This document shows positions 7,646 through 17,700 of a stretch of DNA of 64,000 bases, piece after piece. The DNA comes from Elusimicrobiota bacterium. Lineage in GTDB: Bacteria > Elusimicrobiota > Elusimicrobia > UBA1565 > UBA9628. A program made the position numbers and the translations under genes. Every line of letters starts with the position of its first letter. Within the stretch, counting starts at the first letter, position 1. The stretch is taken from contig DAHXMM010000005.1 in assembly GCA_027371715.1 (NCBI GenBank), positions 133,750 to 197,749 on the forward strand, written 5' to 3'. The notes below the pieces were generated by a model, which worked only from the letters and a program-made list of their open reading frames with translations, had not been told where the DNA came from and made no database searches.

Positions 7646-9862
7646 ATGAAATCTTGGAAACTACTCTTCTCCGGAATCTTATTGGCGGCTCCTTTCGCGG
7701 AGGCGGGTTCTTTGGGGTCTGCGTGGGTTTTGGCCGATTCCTCAGGCGGCTATTCGAAAGATAATCCTGCGACGGTGGACCGAATTACTTTCGGCAATCA
7801 ATTCCAGAACCAGGGAATGGATCAATGGTGCGATCGGCTTCCGCTGATTGTTCCTTTGAGTCAGGATTTTGTCAACAATATGGGCCAGGGGAGCGCTCTC
7901 ATCGGGGGAACTTTTTCCGGGACAAGACAATTTCTTCGCTATCCGGATGGAAGCTTGGCTTTAAACGACACTCTTGAAATTAAATTTCAAACCGGGTATG
8001 CGCAAACGGTCATTCAAAAAGCCGTGGGCGCCACTCAAAGAGCCTTGGGAGTCTATGGCGGGGTTTCCGTAGATGGCCAATCGATTGTGACGCGGCCTCT
8101 TCATGCGGCCAATTCCTGCGCTCAAATGAAACGCCTTTTGAACGTGATGGACTTTAAAACCATTCTTCCTCTTCGCGCCGATAGAATTTCAAAAATGGAA
8201 GTGGGGGAATTGTGGGAAATTCCCATGGTTTATCAAATCTCTTTTGAACCCTTGGACGCAGCCCAGGTCATTAAGACCCCGCTGTCTTTTGCGCCGTTTT
8301 CCGCTTATTTTGCGGTAGGGCTTTCCAAGACGGCGGACCCGACCGTCACTCTATTTAGAAAAGGCCCGCACGACTTACGCCTTAAATTACATTTTGACCA
8401 ATTTCGGGAGGTGAATGTTTCTGGTGGGAGCGTCGTTGGCCCCATTCCGGCGACCGATATCGGAACGCCGGGAATTGAGTCTCTTCTTTCAGGAATGCTT
8501 CCCAATCTTATTTCTAATCCAGTGCTGAAACTTTTCACGCGAGAGGTGGATGATTATCTCGCGGCCCAAATTGCGGTTTTAATGTCAGGCGAGCGTGGAC
8601 GTCAAATTTTCTTGGAATATCGCCTGGACCCGGCCAACCAGGAACAGATGAAAAAACTAGCCAAACTACTCAGAGGAGATTTGGGCGTTTTGGCCGCCAT
8701 GAAAAATTTGCTTACGAATTGGGAAGACGGGGCGGAAACTCAAAACGTCCAAAAAACGCTTGAGGCTTTAAGGCAAAAGCATACTCAAAATTTACGCGTG
8801 CCGGAATCTTTGTCGGGTCTCGACAGCTACAGAGACAGCCTTAAGACTCTCAATTTTTCAGTTCCGTTTCTGTTTAATTACAGCGGTTCTGTCGCGCGCA
8901 ATAGAGATCATTACGTGATTGCGACGCCCAAAGGATTTGAGTTTTATTCTTACAAATCGCAGAAACAATCGAACTGGGGTTTTTTAAAGCCCCCGGTTCT
9001 GGGTTCGTCTCTTCGCCACAATCAAAGTCAAAGCGTTCAGTCCGTGCTTTTCCTTCAGCCCAAAGCGGGAATAAATCCAAGCGCCGAACAGTTGATTGTC
9101 TATAACCGAGAAACGGGTATTTTGAGATTAGGAGATATCCATAAAGAGTTAGCCCGCATTGATTCTCTGACAGGATCGATAGGAAGTTTAGGAAAAGATG
9201 TTCCTGAAACGAAAATACCAAGAGAAATTGAAGCGTTAACCCAGGGGTCTCAACACAAGGGTTATGTGGAACTGAGCGTCATTCTGACTCCCAAAGCGAT
9301 TCATCAAATTGTGTCTGCGTCGGCTTCATCGGTTTTGCGCGCGTTTCAATTGTCTTTGTCGGGAGGGGACCGCGCGGTTTTTGACTATGCCCTTAAACAT
9401 TCGCGAATTTCAGAAGATGGGGCGATTCATTTTAAACGCTCGTTTGCCCGGCATCTCGATGAGCTGAGTTTGCTTGACCCGACTCGTAAGAGACTGGATA
9501 CGGTTTTATCCTGGGCGGGAGAACTTTTTCATCAAGCGCAACTTCTAATTTCCGATTTAAGTAAAATTAGGAACCTTTCTCCTCAAGAGCAATCCAGGGA
9601 ATTTCTTGGTATCCTGGACGGCAGTTCCCATTGGTTTGAGTCATATCCTGGATATGGGGGAGTGATGAGCGTTCTTTTAAGGCTTGCGCCGAGAGAAGGA
9701 GTTGCGGCGGATTTGTTTCTCCACGTAGACAAGAAAAAAACGGATTCGTCAAACCCGACAAAACGCTATCTCTTGAACCCTCAAATTTTAAGCGGAGTAT
9801 CCTTGCGCGCGGTAAGCGAGATTGAGCGCGCGTTCATGCCGCCGACTCCGCTTAACGATTAA
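7646..9862 (+). CDS. hypothetical exported protein (738 aa)
   Basis: The track ORF 7535..9862 overlaps the upstream gene. The internal ATG at 7646 gives MKSWKLLFSGILLAAPFAEAG (signal peptide), 22 nt after the upstream stop. No motif recognised. Confidence 0.6.
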   Translation: MKSWKLLFSGILLAAPFAEAGSLGSAWVLADSSGGYSKDNPATVDRITFGNQFQNQGMDQWCDRLPLIVPLSQDFVNNMGQGSALIGGTFSGTRQFLRYPDGSLALNDTLEIKFQTGYAQTVIQKAVGATQRALGVYGGVSVDGQSIVTRPLHAANSCAQMKRLLNVMDFKTILPLRADRISKMEVGELWEIPMVYQISFEPLDAAQVIKTPLSFAPFSAYFAVGLSKTADPTVTLFRKGPHDLRLKLHFDQFREVNVSGGSVVGPIPATDIGTPGIESLLSGMLPNLISNPVLKLFTREVDDYLAAQIAVLMSGERGRQIFLEYRLDPANQEQMKKLAKLLRGDLGVLAAMKNLLTNWEDGAETQNVQKTLEALRQKHTQNLRVPESLSGLDSYRDSLKTLNFSVPFLFNYSGSVARNRDHYVIATPKGFEFYSYKSQKQSNWGFLKPPVLGSSLRHNQSQSVQSVLFLQPKAGINPSAEQLIVYNRETGILRLGDIHKELARIDSLTGSIGSLGKDVPETKIPREIEALTQGSQHKGYVELSVILTPKAIHQIVSASASSVLRAFQLSLSGGDRAVFDYALKHSRISEDGAIHFKRSFARHLDELSLLDPTRKRLDTVLSWAGELFHQAQLLISDLSKIRNLSPQEQSREFLGILDGSSHWFESYPGYGGVMSVLLRLAPREGVAADLFLHVDKKKTDSSNPTKRYLLNPQILSGVSLRAVSEIERAFMPPTPLND

Positions 9863-10593
9863 AACCCGACGCCGGCGGTCAATTCTCCGCCCGATATTCC
9901 GTGGAAAACCATGTAGGCCGCGCGCAAAGTCACGAAGGGAATGGCGGTAAAATCTACTCCGGCGGTTAAACGGGAACCCGTAGCGGTGGCGGAAAGACCA
10001 TTAAGACCGACTAGTTGAGCGGAATCAATGGTGGCTTTTGTGTCGTCAAAGCCGACTCCAAGAAAGGGTTGGATGATGGGGAGTCTCCAGATGGCGCTGG
10101 CGTCTGCGGACAAATGGGTCATGGAAAATGCGCTGTCGTTAATGACGTCTCCCATGGCCGAGAGTTCAATAGTCGGCAAAAAGAGAAGAATTCGTGAGGG
10201 CGTAAAAAGCCCGTAACGGAGTCCGCCGCCTAATACCGTTGCTCCATCATAGCTAAAGCCGTGCGCGACCACGTCCAAGTGAAAGGGGAGTCCAACCGTC
10301 GCCTGGAGCATGGGAAGACCAAATTCCTTGACGCCGTTGTCTTTAAGGACGATGTCGTTGGAGTTAGGGGTCGTTTGCATGACTCCAACTAATTGAACGG
10401 AAGCTCCGGGAAATCCGGTTGGGGGAGTCGGATCAAACTCAGCGCCGCCCAAGACGCCGCCAATATCAAGAGCGAAGGGCTTGAGCGCTTGGGCTTGGAT
10501 CAGGGAAGAAAATTGGTTAAAGGGGCCCGCCCAAGATGATAGCGGTGTTAAGAGGACAAGCGATAAGACGAAGAGGCCTAATTTTATTCTCAT
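9859..10593 (-). CDS. hypothetical exported protein, probable outer-membrane beta-barrel
   Basis: Signal peptide MRIKLGLFVLSLVLLTPLSSWAG, a Gly/Ala/Thr-rich alternating pattern, and a C-terminal ...LTAGVGF ending in an aromatic residue. Confidence 0.5.
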   Translation of the reverse strand: MRIKLGLFVLSLVLLTPLSSWAGPFNQFSSLIQAQALKPFALDIGGVLGGAEFDPTPPTGFPGASVQLVGVMQTTPNSNDIVLKDNGVKEFGLPMLQATVGLPFHLDVVAHGFSYDGATVLGGGLRYGLFTPSRILLFLPTIELSAMGDVINDSAFSMTHLSADASAIWRLPIIQPFLGVGFDDTKATIDSAQLVGLNGLSATATGSRLTAGVDFTAIPFVTLRAAYMVFHGISGGELTAGVGF

Positions 10594-10626
10594 GGCGAAA
10601 TGTTAGCAAAATTTGCCTTGAGTTTT

Positions 10627-11823
10627 TCAACGAGATATAAAAATATCGGCCAGAGCGGTTAGAAAAACGATGTTTTTCGCTCCAGAATAGGAAAGTCCGT
10701 TGACGAGCCGCATAGCTTCCCTCCAGGATTGGCGCGCGGCGGCGAGTTCCTTTGAATATTGGCGAATATCCTTGCGGATTTCCCGGCGCATGGCCGTCGA
10801 CCAATAGCGTTTCGCCCTGGAATAATCGGTCTTGGCTTTTTGATATCGTTCCATCGCCGATAAAAAACGTTGACGCCCGCGCTCAAGAGTCTCTTGGGCT
10901 TTTTCTCGAAGACTCGAATTTAAGGCGAGTTTTTGTTTCGCTTTTTCCATTTCGACTTCCAAGCGGGCTTTAAGAATCAAGGGTTCAGGAACGCTTTTAA
11001 GTTTTGAGGCAAGCCCAAGGGTTTGAGTGGTCCATAACCACCATTTGGTAAGGTCGAACTGATGCCAACGAATGCCGTTTCTCCAATCCGCTGGAAATTT
11101 GTGATGAAAATTGTGATAGCCTTCTCCAAAGGTGAGAGGCGCCAAGAGCCAGTTGTCTCTTGCGGAGTTATTCATGGAATATGGTTTGCCCCCCCAGACA
11201 TGGGCTGCGGAATTAATCAAAAAAGTCATATGGTGGACGACGACCATTCTAAAAAGTCCGCCCCATAAAAATCCGCCGAGGGGATGCCCCAGAAGAAGCC
11301 CTAGAAGAGTGGGTAGCCCAAAAGAAATGGCGACGAGCAAAAAGGGATACCAACGGTCTTGCCAAAGGACCAAGGGGTCTTTCAGGAGGTCCGGCGCATT
11401 CTTTTTTCGTTCATTCGCGTAGGGATCCGTATAGAGAATCCAGCCCATGTGGGCATAAAAAAATCCATTTCCAATGTTATAGGGATCTTTTTCTCCGTCA
11501 ACATATCGGTGGTGATCGCGGTGGTCACAAGCCCAGTTGAGGACCGAGTTTTGGGCGGCGGCGGCGCCAAAGATGAGATAAAAAAGTTGGAGGATTTTTC
11601 CGCATTCATAACTTCGATGGGAATAATAGCGATGGTAACCCGCCGTAATTGAGAGCCCGGTTGCCAAATACATCAGAGCAAAAACCAGCCCATTAGCCCA
11701 GGGAAAACCGTTGTGGACCCAATACCAAATCGCGCCTGTGACGGCAATCACCGGGGTCGAAGTCAGCCAAAAGAGATTAAGGTAGTTGATTTCTCTTTCA
11801 GGCTTGCCGCTAGGTCTATCCAC
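10627..11823 (-). CDS. acyl-CoA (delta-9 type) fatty-acid desaturase
   Basis: Three histidine boxes are present: HRYYSH, HRDHHRY and HNFHHKF. There are N-terminal TM helices and a charged C-terminal extension. Confidence 0.85.
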   Translation of the reverse strand: MDRPSGKPEREINYLNLFWLTSTPVIAVTGAIWYWVHNGFPWANGLVFALMYLATGLSITAGYHRYYSHRSYECGKILQLFYLIFGAAAAQNSVLNWACDHRDHHRYVDGEKDPYNIGNGFFYAHMGWILYTDPYANERKKNAPDLLKDPLVLWQDRWYPFLLVAISFGLPTLLGLLLGHPLGGFLWGGLFRMVVVHHMTFLINSAAHVWGGKPYSMNNSARDNWLLAPLTFGEGYHNFHHKFPADWRNGIRWHQFDLTKWWLWTTQTLGLASKLKSVPEPLILKARLEVEMEKAKQKLALNSSLREKAQETLERGRQRFLSAMERYQKAKTDYSRAKRYWSTAMRREIRKDIRQYSKELAAARQSWREAMRLVNGLSYSGAKNIVFLTALADIFISR

Positions 11824-11826
11824 GTT

Positions 11827-13140
11827 TTAGTAGCGATAATTTTCCGCTTTATAGGGTCCCTTGGGATTAATCCCCAAATATTCCGCTTGTTTTTGGTTGA
11901 GTTGCGTCAAGTGGGCGCCGAGTTTGTCTAAATGAATTCGGGCGACCCGCTCATCCAAAAGTTTTGGCAAGGTATAGACCCTGTTTCCATATTTTTTGGT
12001 TTCGCGGTTGGTCCAAAGTTCCAATTGGGCGAGAACTTGGTTGGAAAAAGAAATACTCATGACAAAAGACGGGTGTCCGGAGGCGCAACCAAGGTTGACC
12101 AGGCGCCCTTCGGCCAAAACAATCAGAACCTTGCCATCCGGCCAGGTGAATTGATCGACCTGGGGCTTAATGGTCGTTCTGTGAATTTTCCTATCGTTCA
12201 TCAGGGATGCAACGTCAATTTCAAGGTCGAAGTGCCCGATATTGCAGACAATGGCGTGAGATTTCATCATGTCCATGTGTTTACGACTAATGACATCGCA
12301 ACAACCCGTGGCGGTGACGAAAATATCTCCGATGGAAGCGGCTTCATCCATTGTGATGACGGAAACGCCTTCCATTGAGGCTTGAAGAGCGGTGATGGGA
12401 TCTATTTCAGTGACAAAAACCCGGGCGCCCATTCCTTTAAAGGATTGCGCGCAACCCTTACCGACATCTCCGTATCCGCACACGACCGCGATTTTTCCGG
12501 CGATCATGACATCGGTGGCGCGCTTAATTCCGTCCAACAGAGATTCGCGGCAACCGTAGAGATTGTCAAATTTGGATTTGGTGCAGGAATCGTTCACGTT
12601 GATAGCCGGGACCTTGAGTTTTCCTTGCGCTTCCCGTTGGTAAAGGCGATGAACCCCGGTTGTCGTTTCCTCGGATAAGCCGACGATATCTTTTAAAAGA
12701 GCCGGATATTTATCGTGAATCATGTTGGTCAGATCGCCGCCGTCATCCAGAAGAATATTGGGCCCGAGATTGCCTTCAAATTGCAGGGTTTGCTCAATGC
12801 ACCAGTCGTATTCTTCCAGAGTCTCTCCTTTCCAGGCAAAAACGGGAATTCCGGCCTGGGCGATAGCGGCCGCGGCGTGGTCTTGAGTTGAGAAAATGTT
12901 GCAAGAACTCCAACGCACTTCCGCGCCCAATTGAATCAGTGTTTCAATCAAAACTGCGGTTTCAATGGTCATGTGAAGGCATCCCGCGATGCGGGCGCCT
13001 TGGAGCGGCTTTTTTCCGCGATACTCCGCTCGTAAAGCCATAAGACCCGGCATTTCCGCCTCAGCTAACGCGATTTCTTTTCTTCCCCAATCGGCAAGCG
13101 TAATATCTTTAACTTTATAGTCCATGGCGGCAGTCGGCAT
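11827..13140 (-). CDS. ahcY: adenosylhomocysteinase
   Basis: 437 aa. The [32 protein letters not shown]-terminus and the NAD-binding [10 protein letters not shown] block are present. AAGGAG lies 6 nt upstream of the ATG at 13140. Confidence 0.95.
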   Translation of the reverse strand: MPTAAMDYKVKDITLADWGRKEIALAEAEMPGLMALRAEYRGKKPLQGARIAGCLHMTIETAVLIETLIQLGAEVRWSSCNIFSTQDHAAAAIAQAGIPVFAWKGETLEEYDWCIEQTLQFEGNLGPNILLDDGGDLTNMIHDKYPALLKDIVGLSEETTTGVHRLYQREAQGKLKVPAINVNDSCTKSKFDNLYGCRESLLDGIKRATDVMIAGKIAVVCGYGDVGKGCAQSFKGMGARVFVTEIDPITALQASMEGVSVITMDEAASIGDIFVTATGCCDVISRKHMDMMKSHAIVCNIGHFDLEIDVASLMNDRKIHRTTIKPQVDQFTWPDGKVLIVLAEGRLVNLGCASGHPSFVMSISFSNQVLAQLELWTNRETKKYGNRVYTLPKLLDERVARIHLDKLGAHLTQLNQKQAEYLGINPKGPYKAENYRY

Positions 13141-13204
13141 AAATTTCTCCTTTTTTCTATCTTACCCTATTGTAGCAAAACCGACCTGTGATATAATAAA
13201 AGCC

Positions 13205-13798
13205 ATGAATAAAACCGATAGCCGTATTGCCGAAGAATTGAAAGAGAGCGGGCGCGTTATTTCCGAGTCCGCCCAAATGGCTCCCTTGCTTGAAAAAATA
13301 GCGGAGGAACTGGTGTCTTGTTACCGGCGAGGAAATAAAATTTTGACTTTTGGAAATGGCGGTTCGGCCTGCGACGCTCAAAATTTCGCCGATGAACTCG
13401 TGGGTCGCTTTGAGAGAAACCGTCCGCCGCTTCCGGCTTTGGCTCTAACGACCAATACCTCGGATTTGACCTCGATTTCAAATGACTTTGGCTACGACGT
13501 CGTTTTTGCCCGTCAGCTTGAAGCCCACGCAAAACCTGGCGATATCGCGGTGGCTATTTCGACTTCCGGCAATTCCAAAAATGTTCTCTTAGCGGTGGAA
13601 GCGGCAAAAAAACTGGGGCTTTTGGTGATTGGGTTATCCGGGGAAAGCGGGGGAAAACTTAAAGGCCTTGCGGATTTCTGTGTTTGTGTTCCTTCCAAGA
13701 CGGTGGCCCGCATTCAAGAGGCGCATATCGCCATCATTCAAATTTGGTGCGGGATTATCGAAGACTCTCTTTTTCCAAACGCCCCTAAAGCTCACTGA
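13205..13798 (+). CDS. gmhA: D-sedoheptulose-7-phosphate isomerase (SIS domain)
   Basis: Start reassigned to ATG 13205 (MNKTDSRIAEEL...). The blocks ILTFGNGGSACDAQNFADELVGRF and AISTSGNSKNVL are typical of GmhA. Confidence 0.85.
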   Translation: MNKTDSRIAEELKESGRVISESAQMAPLLEKIAEELVSCYRRGNKILTFGNGGSACDAQNFADELVGRFERNRPPLPALALTTNTSDLTSISNDFGYDVVFARQLEAHAKPGDIAVAISTSGNSKNVLLAVEAAKKLGLLVIGLSGESGGKLKGLADFCVCVPSKTVARIQEAHIAIIQIWCGIIEDSLFPNAPKAH

Positions 13799-13799
13799 A

Positions 13800-14264
13800 A
13801 TGGGGGAAATTGTTTCTCCAAAGAAGGCGGTTAAAATCCGCGCGGAGTTAAAGAAAAAACGTAAAGTTGTTGTTTTCACCAACGGGGTTTTCGACATCGT
13901 TCATGCCGGGCATGTTCAGGTCTTATCTCGCGCAAAAAAACTGGGAGATGTTTTAATCCTAGGTCTCAATCAAGACGAATCGGTTCGCTTGCTTGGAAAA
14001 GGGCCGGGGCGTCCTCTTAACTCCTTTAGAGATCGCGCGACGGTTTTAGCGGCTTTGTGTTCCGTCGACTATGTGGTCGGTTTTAAGGAAAAAACTCCTG
14101 AGAATTTGATTCGGTCTCTTATGCCTGATATCCTCGTTAAAGGCGCAGATTACAAAAAAAAACAAATTGCCGGAACTCTTTTTAGCGGAAAAGTCATCCG
14201 AATTCCGCTCAAAAAAGGCTACTCGACCACGGCTCTTATTAAGAAAATTCAGGGATTAGCCTGA
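13800..14264 (+). CDS. D-beta-D-heptose-1-phosphate adenylyltransferase (RfaE domain II / HldC-like cytidylyltransferase fold)
   Basis: ATG 13800 follows the gmhA stop (13796-13798) by one nucleotide. VVFTNGVFDIVHAGHVQVL carries the HxGH nucleotidyltransferase motif. No kinase (domain I) gene is adjacent. Confidence 0.8.
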   Translation: MGEIVSPKKAVKIRAELKKKRKVVVFTNGVFDIVHAGHVQVLSRAKKLGDVLILGLNQDESVRLLGKGPGRPLNSFRDRATVLAALCSVDYVVGFKEKTPENLIRSLMPDILVKGADYKKKQIAGTLFSGKVIRIPLKKGYSTTALIKKIQGLA

Positions 14265-14782
14265 GTTTTATTTTCTTCTGTTTCCTTTTTAATTTTTGCA
14301 GTTTTTTTTGCGGTTTTTACGGCCTTTGGCTTTCCCTTGAGGTTCAATTTTTGGAGTTCTGCAATTTTTTCCTCTGCTTTCTTAACGTCTTTGATGAGGG
14401 GACTTGAGGGGTGGGATTTTTCAAACGAATTTAAGTCGGCTTGAGCTTCCTTGAGCTTGCCAGAGACGACTTCCTTAACTGCGGCGGCGAATTCTTTTCT
14501 TTCTTTAAGCAGTTTTTCTCTTTGGGAGATATTTGATTTTTCCCAAGTCGGCTGGTTGATATCGGCGAGATTTTGTTTGCTTCCTCTGACCGCGGCAACC
14601 GCGACCAAATCGTTTCTGTTTTCGTAGTTTTGGCTCACCGAAGACTCAGACAGGCTTTGCTCCAATTGGGAGAACCAATTCATGAGCAGGGTCGTGGTTG
14701 ATTCCGGTTTCGAAGGTTCATCCGCTTTCAGCGAACCGACAGCGAGAATTCCAAGCGTCATCGCGATAATTATTTTTTTCAT
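14249..14782 (-). CDS. hypothetical exported Lys/Glu-rich protein
   Basis: Signal peptide MKKIIIAMTLGILAVGSLKA, then coiled-coil-like charged sequence. Overlaps the upstream 1164-aa gene stop by 4 nt (14779-14782). Confidence 0.55.
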   Translation of the reverse strand: MKKIIIAMTLGILAVGSLKADEPSKPESTTTLLMNWFSQLEQSLSESSVSQNYENRNDLVAVAAVRGSKQNLADINQPTWEKSNISQREKLLKERKEFAAAVKEVVSGKLKEAQADLNSFEKSHPSSPLIKDVKKAEEKIAELQKLNLKGKPKAVKTAKKTAKIKKETEENKTQANP

Positions 14783-17700
14783 GGGTTTCCCTCCTGAAAA
14801 TTTTTAATGAGAATTTCGACCGCCGGTCCGTAAGAAGGATCAAGCTTCTTGATTTGACTGGCGGCAGCGGAGACCTTTCGCGCATTTTTAAGACGAATTT
14901 CTGCCTTTAAGAAATTCATCCAGATATCAGGGTTTCCGGGGTCATTTTTCGCGGCTTTCTTATAAAAGCTCGCGGCTTTGAGGTCATCATGCTTTAAGAA
15001 GGCGATGTTGCCGAGATTGTTGTAAGCGGCCGCGCTGGTGGAGCTAATAGATAGAACGGATTCAAAACTTTTTTTGGCCGTCCTGATATTTCCGTCTTCA
15101 TACTCCCAGATGCCCAAGGCTAGCCGGGGATCGATGAGAGAGGGATCTTCTGAAATTTTCTCTTTCAGCCTTTTACGGATTGAATGATAGGCGGCTCTGA
15201 AAATAGCCTTTGAGCTTTCCTTGACAAACTTATCAACTGTTTCCATATTCGGAGCTTCCGCTTTCCATTGAGTCGGCGGCATGGTGACGGGTTCGTAGGT
15301 TTCCCAGGCTTTTCGAACGTCAATGATATGGACGTCGCCTTTTTTGGTTTCGGCATTATAAGCGTAGGCGGCGTTTCTGACTGCGTCAAGAAAAGGTTTT
15401 CCAATGAGCGTAGACTCGACCGGAACCCAATAAGTGCCTTTATAACTGACCAGGGTGTCTTTGGGAAAGCCGGCGTCGGTCCAAGAAGAGGCGTGCGTAT
15501 CGAACATAAAGGTCATGTGACCTGGATAGTCAATGATAGCGGTGCGGACGTTTGCCGCGTCGAGCATGGAGATAAATAGCGTCGTCAGATCATCGCATTG
15601 ACCGCTTTTGCGCCTGAGGGTTTCTCGGGGAAACTGCGCGTAATCCACCGGAAAATTAGGGTCTATTGAATTTTTTTCAAAGGAGTTTGTTGGGTTTTCC
15701 GCATATTGCATTCCATAAACTCCCAGAGCTTCCCACAAACGCATGGCGGTCAAAACATCGGAATTTAAAGCGGAGTTGGCGGAAAAATTATCTTGCTGGT
15801 GGAGAACCGCTCTTTCAAAATCAAAGATGGGCGTATCGTTGGGGGTGATAAAATTGGCGATTCGCCGCGGGTCTTGCCAGGTGATGGCGTTGCGGGAGTA
15901 AACCGTCAACGGTTGGGAAAGGGAAATCGTTTTTTTCCTATTTTTTTCAAAATAGGTGAGGGTCAATTTCGCTTGGATGGGAGTTTCCTGAGTGACATCG
16001 AGAATGGTGTTGTTGAGGGTGGCGATCAGAGGAATAGCGACAGAGCTGGCCGGGTCTAATTTCTTAATACGCATATCGTATCCGAAATCCATGTAGTTTT
16101 TAATTTGGAAGGTCAGCTTTAGATCCTTAAATGGAGCTTCAGAATTATTTGTGATGGTGGCTGAGCCAATGGGGTGTTTGAGATACCATTTATAGTTGGC
16201 GGGGAAGATAGGAGAGAGCGTGACCGAGGAGATGGAAATTTCCGGGCGGTTGGCGGTTCCACCGACAATCACTTTAATTGCTCGGCTTTGTGTTCCAATA
16301 TCCCCAGTTTTCGCTTCAGTGGCTAGCCGATAATAATAGGTGTGTCCCGTTTGAGCGCTTGAATCCGTAAAGTGATTTTTTGCCGTGGTCCCAATTTGGA
16401 TAAAATCCTCGTATCTTTTATCAGAACGGTAGACGAGATAATCTTTGGTCCAGGAGTTTTTGACTGTTTTCCAGGAGAGTTCGACGATTCCTTCTTTGGC
16501 GGTGTTTGAGATTGAAAGCGGGGCTGATAAAGAAGGGTGGATTCGGAAAGAGAGAATGTGGTGTTGGGCGCGGTCTGAAATCAACAAAAGTTGCTTGTCT
16601 ACAGAGAGAGAAACAGGATCTCCGATCAGGCTTCCAGAAAAGAAATCCATGATCCAACGCCCATTGGTTGAAAAGGCAGAAACACGTTTAAGTTCGTGAT
16701 CTAGAACATAGATATAATTTTCGCCGTCAAAAGCCATTGCGATAGGGTTTTCAAATTTTCCAGGCTCTTCTCCTTCTTGGCCCCAAGCGCTGATGAATTC
16801 TCCAGAAGGACCGCACTTGAAGACTTCTTTAAGCTCCTTGTCTAGGAAATACACAAATCCAGCCTTGTCCCAGGAGACGGAAACCGGTTTTTCAAGTTGA
16901 AAGTTTCCTAGTTTGGGGCCGATGGAAAAGAGATACACTCCGTCCGGCGTATAGGCGTCCACGCGATGGTTTCCCGGGTCGGCGATGTAGAGGGTTCCGG
17001 CATTGTTAAGGGCCAATCCCTCTGGGTATCGAACACGCCCTTCCTTGGAGAGGCCATCAAACCAGCCGTCCGGCTCCGCGATGTTTTTATCCCATTTCCA
17101 TGAGTTCGTCGAATTTTGGACAAAGTGTTCGATGCGATGCTTGGCCGCGTCCGAAACGTAAAGCCCGAGCGAAGGGTCAAAGGCCAAGCCGGTCGCTTTT
17201 TCTGTTTGATATTCTTTTTTGCCCTTGCTTCCAAATTGAGATAAAACATTTCCAGAAGAGTTGAGGACATTGAAAATGCCTTTTTTAGTCAAATAGAGAT
17301 AGGTTTGGGATTGACTCAGTAAGATGGGGTTGGCCTGATAATTCCAAACGGCCTCGGGGCCGGAAGGAAATAATTTCGTGGTTGCGCTGGGTGAAATAGG
17401 GTGGACTTTAAATTTGTTGACCACCGAGACGAAATCAATCGTTTTTTTCCCGCTGTCGAGAATGACCAGATTTCCATTTTGATCAATGGCAATTGAGCGT
17501 AGTCTCTTAAATTGGCCCGCGCCTGTTCCACGGCTCCCAAAATGTCCCAGCTCGGCTCCATCCGGACCCCATTCCTTCACTCGTCCCTTAGCCGGAGAAA
17601 TTCCGTAGATAAAGCCGTAACGGTCAACGGCAAAGTCGCTTCCTTTGAAAGGAATTGCGCGTAAAAAATGAGCAGAGGGATCAAATTCTTCAATACGCTG

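Noticed and set aside
13141-13204. An SAH riboswitch upstream of ahcY.
   Set aside because: The ahcY-gmhA divergent intergenic region is only 64 nt and must hold two promoters and RBSs. There is no room for the ~80-nt element and no obvious pseudoknot-forming GC stems.
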